Source: Auanema rhodensis | Taxonomy: Eukaryota > Animalia > Nematoda | NCBI GenBank assembly: GCA_964057225.1 | Contig: CAXKVF010000075.1 | Coordinates: 682,001-746,000, forward strand | Reading direction: 5' to 3' | Length of the DNA stretch: 64,000 nucleotides | Part shown: in pieces, positions 56,101 to 64,000 of the stretch | Layout of the letters: each line of letters starts with the position of its first letter | Position numbering within the stretch: the first letter of the stretch is position 1 | Position numbers and translations under genes: made by a program | Notes under the pieces: model-generated | What the model was told of the DNA's origin: nothing | Databases searched by the model: none | Seen by the model: only the letters and a program-made list of their open reading frames with translations

Positions 56101-58795
56101 TACACGTGATGTGCACTTGGTATGTAACTCGCTTCACGTGAAAGATAAAGAGATGCGGTTTTCAAAATTAGATTCCCCATGTCCATATTAGTCTAAAAAC
56201 AAATTTTTATTGATATTGGTGCATGGTAACCATGACTTTGAAATTTACGTGAACTTTAATTTATGCTAATTAAATGTACACGTGATGTGCACTTGGTATG
56301 TAACTCGCTTCACGTGAAAGATAAAGAGATGCGGTTTTCAAAATTAGATTCCCCATGTCCATATTAGTCTAAAAACAAATTTTTATTGATATTGCTTCAT
56401 GGTAACCATGACTTTGAAATTTACGTGAACTTTAATTTATGCTAATTAAATGTACACGTGATGTGCACTTGGTATGTAACTCGCTTCACGTGAAAGATAA
56501 AGAGATGCGGTTTTCAAAATTAGATTCCCCATGTCCATATTAGTCTAAAAACAAATTTTTATTGATATTGGTGCATGGTAACCATGACTTTGAAATTTAC
56601 GTGAACTTTAATTTATGCTAATTAAATGTACACGTGATGTGCACTTGGTATGTAACTCGCTTCACGTGAAAGATAAAGAGATGCGGTTTTCAAAATTAGA
56701 TTCCCCATGTCCATATTAGTCTAAAAACAAATTTTTATTGATATTGCTTCATGGTAACCATGACTTTGAAATTTACGTGAACTTTAATTTATGCTAATTA
56801 AATGTACACGTGATGTGCACTTGGTATGTAACTCGCTTCACGTGAAAGATAAAGAGATGCGGTTTTCAAAATTAGATTCCCCATGTCCATATTAGTCTAA
56901 AAACAAATTTTTATTGATATTGGTGCATGGTAACCATGACTTTGAAATATACGTGAACTTTAATTTATGCTAATTAAATGTACACGTGATGTGCACTTGG
57001 TATGTAACTCGCTTCACGTGAAAGATAAAGAGATGCGGTTTTCAAAATTAGATTCCCCATGTCCATATTAGTCTAAAAACAAATTTTTATTGATATTGGT
57101 GCATGGTAACCATGACTTTGAATTTTACGTGAACTTTAATTTATGCTAATTAAATGTACACGTGATGTGCACTTGGTATGTAACTTGCTTCACGTGAAAG
57201 ATAAAGAGATGCGGTTTTCAAAATTAGATTCCCCATGTCCATATTAGTCTAAAAACAAATTTTTATTGATATTGGTTCATGGTAACCATGACTTTGAAAT
57301 TTACGTGAACTTTAATTTATGCTAATTAAATGTACACGTGATGTGCACTTGGTATGTAACTCGCTTCACGTGAAAGATAAAGAGATGCGGTTTTCAAAAT
57401 TAGATTTCCCATGTCCATATTAGTCTAAAAACAAATTTTTATTGATATTGGTGCATGGTAACCATGACTTTGAATTTTACGTGAACTTTAATTTATGCTA
57501 ATTAAATGTACACGTGATGTGCACTTGGTATGTAACTCGCTTCACGTGAAAGATAAAGAGATGCGGTTTTTAAAATTAGATTCCCCATGTCCATATTAGT
57601 CAAAAAACAAATTTTTATTGATATTGGTTCATGGTAACCATGACTTTGAAATTTACGTGAACTTTAATTTATGCTAATTAAATGTACACGTGATGTGCAC
57701 TTGGTATGTAACTCGCTTCACGTGAAAGATAAAGAGATGCGGTTTTCAAAATTAGATTCCCCAAGTCCATATTAGTCTAAAAACAAATTTTTATTGATAT
57801 TGCTTCATGGTAACCATGACTTTGAAATTTACGTGAACTTTAATTTATGCTAATTAAATGTACACGTGATGTGCACTTGGTATGTAACTCGCTTCACGTG
57901 AAAGATAAAGAGATGCGGTTTTCAAAATTAGATTCCCCATGTCCATATTAGTCTAAAAACAAATTTTTATTGATATTGGTGCATGGTAACCATGACTTTG
58001 AAATTTACGTGAACTTTAATTTATGCTAATTAAATGTACACGTGATGTGCCCTTGGTATGTAACTCGCTTCAAGTGAAAGATAAAGAGATGCGGTTTTCA
58101 AAATTAGATTCCCCATGTCCATATTAGTCTAAAAACAAATTTTTATTGATATTGGTGCATGGTAACCATGACTTTGAATTTTACGTGAACTTTAATTTAT
58201 GCTAATTAAATGTACACGTGATGTGCACTTGGTATGTAACTCGCTTCACGTGAAAGATAAAGAGATGCGGTTTTCAAAATTAGATTCCCCATGTCCATAT
58301 TAGTCTAAAAACAAATTTTTATTGATATTGGTTCATGGTAACCATGACTTTGAAATTTACGTGAACTTTAATTTATGCTAATTAAATGTACACGTGATGT
58401 GCACTTGGTATGTAACTCGCTTCACGTGAAAGATAAAGAGATGCGGTTTTCAAAATTAGATTCCCCATGTCCATATTAGTCTAAAAACAAATTTTTATTG
58501 ATATTGGTTCATGGTAACCATGACTTTGAAATTTACGTGAACTTTAATTTATGCTAATTAAATGTACACGTGATGTGCACTTGGTATGTAACTCGCTTCA
58601 CGTGAAAGATAAAGAGATGCGGTTTTCAAAATTAGATTCCCCATGTCCATATTAGTCTAAAAACAAATTTTTATTGATATTGGTTCATGGTAACCATGAC
58701 TTTGAAATTTACGTGAACTTTAATTTATGCTAATTAAATGTACACGTGATGTGCACTTGGTATGTAACTCGCTTCACGTGAAAGATAAAGAGATG
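50172..58795 (+). repeat. Tandem duplication with a 25-monomer (4400 bp) period: ~50172-54395 vs ~54572-58795
   Basis: Rare SNPs sit at an exact +4400 offset: taactTgc 52786/57186, agtcAaaaa ~53202/57602, cccaAgt 53364/57764, gtgcCctt 53651/58051, ttcaAgtg 53673/58073. Confidence 0.95.
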
Positions 58796-61700
58796 CGGTT
58801 CTCAAAATTAGATTCCCCATGTCCATATTAGTCTAAAAACAAATTTTTATTGATATTGCTTCATGGTAACCATGACTTTGAAATTTACGTGAACTTTAAT
58901 TTATGCTAATTAAATGTACACGTGATGTGCACTTGGTATGTAACTCGCTTCACGTGAAAGATAAAGAGATGCGGTTTTCAAAATTAGATTCCCCATGTCC
59001 ATATTAGTCTAAAAACAAATTTTTATTGATATTGGTGCATGGTAACCATGACTTTGAAATTTACGTGAACTTTAATTTATGCTAATTAAATGTACACGTG
59101 ATGTGCACTTGGTATGTAACTCGCTTCACGTGAAAGATAAAGAGATGCGGTTTTCAAAATTAGATTCCCCATGTCCATATTAGTCTAAAAAGAAATTTTT
59201 ATTGATATTGGTGCATGGTAACCATGACTTTGAAATTTACGTGAACTTTAATTTATGCTAATTAAATGTACACGTGATGTGCACTTGGTATGTAACTCGC
59301 TTCACGTGAAAGATAAAGAGATGCGGTTTTCAAAATTAGATTCCCCATGTCCATATTAGTCTAAAAACAAATTTTTATTGATATTGGTTCATGGTAACCA
59401 TGACTTTGAAATTTACGTGAACTTTAATTCATGCTAATTAAATGTACACGTGATGTGCACTTGGTATGTAACTCGCTTCACGTGAAAGATAAAGAGATGC
59501 GGTTTTCAAAATTAGATTCCCCATGTCCATATTAGTCTAAAAACAAATTTTTATTGATATTGGTGCATGGTAACCATGACTTTGAAATTTACGTGAACTT
59601 TAATTTATGCTAATTAAATGTACACGTGATGTGCACTTGGTATGTAACTCGCTTCACGTGAAAGATAAAGAGATGCGGTTTTCAAAATTAGATTCCCCAT
59701 GTCCATATTAGTCTAAAAACAAATTTTTATTGATATTGGTTCATGGTAACCATGACTTTGAAATTTACGTGAACTTTAATTTATGCTAATTAAATGTACA
59801 CGTGATGTGCACTTGGTATGTAACTCGCTTCACGTGAAAGATAAAGAGATGCGGTTTTCAAAATTAGATTCCCCATGTCCATATTAGTCTAAAAACAAAT
59901 TTTTATTGATATTGGTTCATGGTAACCATGACTTTGAAATTTACGTGAACTTTAATTTATGCTAATTAAATGTACACGTGATGTGCACTTGGTATGTAAC
60001 TCGCTTCACGTGAAAGATAAAGAGATGCGGTTTTCAAAATTAGATTCCCCATGTCCATATTAGTCTAAAAACAAATTTTTATTGATATTGGTTCATGGTA
60101 ACCATGACTTTGAAATTTACGTGAACTTTAATTTATGCTAATTAAATGTACACGTGATGTGCACTTGGTATGTAACTCGCTTCACGTGAAAGATAAAGAG
60201 ATGCGGTTTTCAAAATTAGATTCCCCATGTCCATATTAGTCTAAAAACAAATTTTTATTGATATTGGTTCATGGTAACCATGACTTTGAAATTTACGTGA
60301 ACTTTAATTTATGCTAATTAAATGTACACGTGATGTGCACTTGGTATGTAACTCGCTTCACGTGAAAGATAAAGAGATGCGGTTTTCAAAATTAGATTCC
60401 CCATGTCCATATTAGTCTAAAAACAAATTTTTATTGATATTGGTGCATGGTAACCATGACTTTGAAATTTACGTGAACTTTAATTTATGCTAATTAAATG
60501 TACACGTGATGTGCACTTGGTATGTAACTCGCTTCACGTGAAAGATAAAGAGATGCGGTTTTCAAAATTAGATCCCCCATGTCCATATTAGTCTAAAAAC
60601 AAATTTTTATTGATATTGGTGCATGGTAACCATGACTTTGAAATTTACGTGAACTTTAATTTATGCTAATTAAATGTACACGTGATGTGCACTTGGTATG
60701 TAACTCGCTTCACGTGAAAGATAAAGAGATGCGGTTTTCAAAATTAGATTCCCCATGTCCATATTAGTCTAAAAACAAATTTTTATTGATATTGGTTCAT
60801 GGTAACCATGACTTTGAAATTTACGTGAACTTTAATTTATGCTAATTAAATGTACACGTGATGTGCACTTGGTATGTAACTCGCTTCACGTGAAAGATAA
60901 AGAGATGCGGTTTTCAAAATTAGATTCCCCATGTCCATATTAGTCTAAAAACAAATTTTTATTGATATTGGTTCATGGTAACCATGACTTTGAAATTTAC
61001 GTGAACTTTAATTTATGCTAATTAAATGTACACGTGATGTGCACTTGGTATGTAACTCGCTTCACGTGAAAGATAAAGAGATGCGGTTTTCAAAATTAGA
61101 TTCCCCATGTCCATATTAGTCTAAAAACAAATTTTTATTGATATTGGTGCATGGTAACCATGACTTTGAAATTTACGTGAACTTTAATTTATGCTAATTA
61201 AATGTACACGTGATGTGCACTTGGTATGTAACTCGCTTCACGTGAAAGATAAAGAGATGCGGTTTTCAAAATTAGATCCCCCATGTCCATATTAGTCTAA
61301 AAACAAATTTTGATTGATATTGGTGCATGGTAACCATGACTTTGAAATTTACGTGAACTTTAATTTATGCTAATTAAATGTACACGTGATGTGCACTTGG
61401 TATGTAACTCGCTTCACGTGAAAGATAAAGAGATGCGGTTTTCAAAATTAGATTCCCCATGTCCATATTAGTCTAAAAACAAATTTTTATTGATATTGGT
61501 TCATGGTAACCATGACTTTGAAATTTACGTGAACTTTAATTTATGCTAATTAAATGTACACGTGATGTGCACTTGGTATGTAACTCGCTTCACGTGAAAG
61601 ATAAAGAGATGCGGTTTTCAAAATTAGATTCCCCATGTCCATATTAGTCTAAAAACAAATTTTTATTGATATTGGTGCATGGTAACCATGACTTTGAAAT

Positions 61701-64000
61701 TTACGTGAACTTTAATTTATGCTAATTAAATGTACACGTGATGTGCACTTGGTATGTAACTCGCTTCACGTGAAAGATAAAGAGATGCGGTTTTCAAAAT
61801 TAGATTCCCCATGTCCATATTAGTCTAAAAACAAATTTTTATTGATATTGGTTCATGGTAACCATGACTTTGAAATTTACGTGAACTTTAATTTATGCTA
61901 ATTAAATGTACACGTGATGTGCACTTGGTATGTAACTCGCTTCACGTGAAAGATAAAGAGATGCGGTTTTCAAAATTAGATTCCCCATGTCCATATTAGT
62001 CTAAAAACAAATTTTTATTGATATTGCTTCATGGTAACCATGACTTTGAAATTTACGTGAACTTTAATTTATGCTAATTAAATGTACACGTGATGTGCAC
62101 TTGGTATGTAACTCGCTTCACGTGAAAGATAAAGAGATGCGGTTTTCAAAATTAGATTCCCCATGTCCATATTAGTCTAAAAACAAATTTTTATTGATAT
62201 TGGTGCATGGTAACCATGACTTTGAAATTTACGTGAACTTTAATTTATGCTAATTAAATGTACACGTGATGTGCACTTGGTATGTAACTCGCTTCACGTG
62301 AAAGATAAAGAGATGCGGTTTTCAAAATTAGATCCCCCATGTCCATATTAGTCTAAAAACAAATTTTGATTGATATTGGTGCATGGTAACCATGACTTTG
62401 AAATTTACGTGAACTTTAATTTATGCTAATTAAATGTACACGTGATGTGCACTTGGTATGTAACTCGCTTCACGTGAAAGATAAAGAGATGCGGTTTTCA
62501 AAATTAGATTCCCCATGTCCATATTAGTCTAAAAACAAATTTTTATTGATATTGGTTCATGGTAACCATGACTTTGAAATTTACGTGAACTTTAATTTAT
62601 GCTAATTAAATGTACACGTGATGTGCACTTGGTATGTAACTCGCTTCACGTGAAAGATAAAGAGATGCGGTTTTCAAAATTAGATTCCCCATGTCCATAT
62701 TAGTCTAAAAACAAGTTTTTATTGATATTGGTGCATGGTAACCATGACTTTGAAATTTACGTGAACTTTAATTTATGCTAATTAAATGTACACGTGATGT
62801 GCACTTGGTATGTAACTCGCTTCACGTGAAAGATAAAGAGATGCGGTTTTCAAAATTAGATTCCCCATGTCCATATTAGTCTAAAAACAAATTTTGATTG
62901 ATATTGGTGCATGGTAACCATGACTTTGAAATTTACGTGAACTTTAATTTATGCTAATTAAATGTACACGTGATGTGCACTTGGTATGTAACTCGCTTCA
63001 CGTGAAAGATAAAGAGATGCGGTTTTCAAAATTAGATTCCCCATGTCCATATTAGTCCAAAAACAAATTTTTATTGATATTGGTGCATGGTAACCATGAC
63101 TTTGAAATTTACGTGAACTTTAATTTATGCTAATTAAATGTACACGTGATGTGCACTTGGTATGTAACTCGCTTCACGTGAAAGATAAAGAGATGCGGTT
63201 TTCAAAATTAGATTCCCCATGTCCATATTAGTCTAAAAACAAATTTTTATTGATATTGGTGCATGGTAACCATGACTTTGAAATTTACGTGAACTTTAAT
63301 TTATGCTAATTAAATGTACACGTGATGTGCACTTGGTGTGTAACTCGCTTCACGTGAAAGATAAAGAGATGCGGTTTTCAAAATTAGATTTCCCATGTCC
63401 ATATTAGTCTAAAAACAAATTTTTATTGATATTGGTGCATGGTAACCATGACTTTGAAATTTACGTGAACTTTAATTTATGCTAATTAAATGTACACGTG
63501 ATGTGCACTTGGTATGTAACTCGCTTCACGTGAAAGATAAAGAGATGCGGTTTTCAAAATTAGATTCCCCATGTCCATATTAGTCTAAAAACAAATTTTT
63601 ATTGATATTGGTTCATGGTAACCATGACTTTGAAATTTACGTGAACTTTAATTTATGCTAATTAAATGTACACGTGATGTGCACTTGGTATGTAACCCGC
63701 TTCACGTGAAAGATAAAGGGATGCGGTTTTCAAAATTAGATTCCCCATGTCCATATTAGTCTAAAAACAAATTTTTATTGATATTGGTGCATGGTAACCA
63801 TGACTTTGAAATTTACGTGAACTTTAATTTATGCTAATTAAATGTACACGTGATGTGCACTTGGTATGTAACTCGCTTCACGTGAAAGATAAAGAGATGC
63901 GGTTTTCAAAATTAGATTCCCCATGTCCATATTAGTCTAAAAACAAATTTTTATTGATAATGGTTCATGGTAACCATGACTTTGAAATTTACGTGAACTT

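Larger units (their letters stand above)
1..64000. repeat. Tandem satellite DNA array, 176-bp AT-rich monomer, ~363.6 head-to-tail copies; candidate centromeric/pericentromeric satellite; continues beyond both window edges
   Basis: CGGTTTTCAAAATTAG recurs at 1, 177, 353 ... 2641 (15x176+1) ... 63900. The phase is fully accounted for by the 176-bp period, three +4 insertions and one -1 deletion: (63900-1-12+1)/176 = 363. The same orientation holds throughout. The centromeric role is inferred only from monomer length, AT content and homogeneity. Confidence 0.99.

Noticed and set aside
1-64000. CRISPR array or other repeat-spacer system
   Set aside because: There are no unique spacers: the entire 176 bp is repeated. 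No cas or other genes are present.
1-64000. Technical concatemer (rolling-circle or PCR artefact) or fully collapsed assembly
   Set aside because: Variants are inherited in nested, ordered blocks with regional private sets, which random error on a single template would not produce. Individual duplications still need read validation.

Overview
The whole 64 kb window lies inside one uninterrupted, head-to-tail satellite DNA array. It holds 363 complete monomers plus a 101-bp partial of a 176-bp unit, about 32% GC by hand count. Consensus monomer, numbered from window position 1: CGGTTTTCAAAATTAGATTCCCCATGTCCATATTAGTCTAAAAACAAATTTTTATTGATATTGGTGCATGGTAACCATGACTTTGAAATTTACGTGAACTTTAATTTATGCTAATTAAATGTACACGTGATGTGCACTTGGTATGTAACTCGCTTCACGTGAAAGATAAAGAGATG. 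Monomers typically differ from it at 0-4 positions. The only indels seen are three 4-bp GGTA duplications (13798, 15034, 16446) and one 1-bp deletion (~37892). No genes, RNA genes, transposon insertions, inversions or CRISPR spacers are visible. The seven 60-aa ORFs are by-products of one SNP (T34C) that removes a stop codon. The informative signal lies in two places. First, the variants are arranged in layered domains with nested higher-order repeats: about 7-mer units, a 20-monomer-offset block copy, 32-mer and 25-mer tandem duplications, and a 9-mer present three times. Second, the monomer carries three roughly evenly spaced ACGTG/E-box motifs, several dyad symmetries and a cryptic 11-bp subrepeat. 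The best interpretation (inference) is a young, actively homogenising eukaryotic (peri)centromeric satellite of nucleosome-repeat length. I cannot assign it to a named family or species. All variant calls were read by eye.
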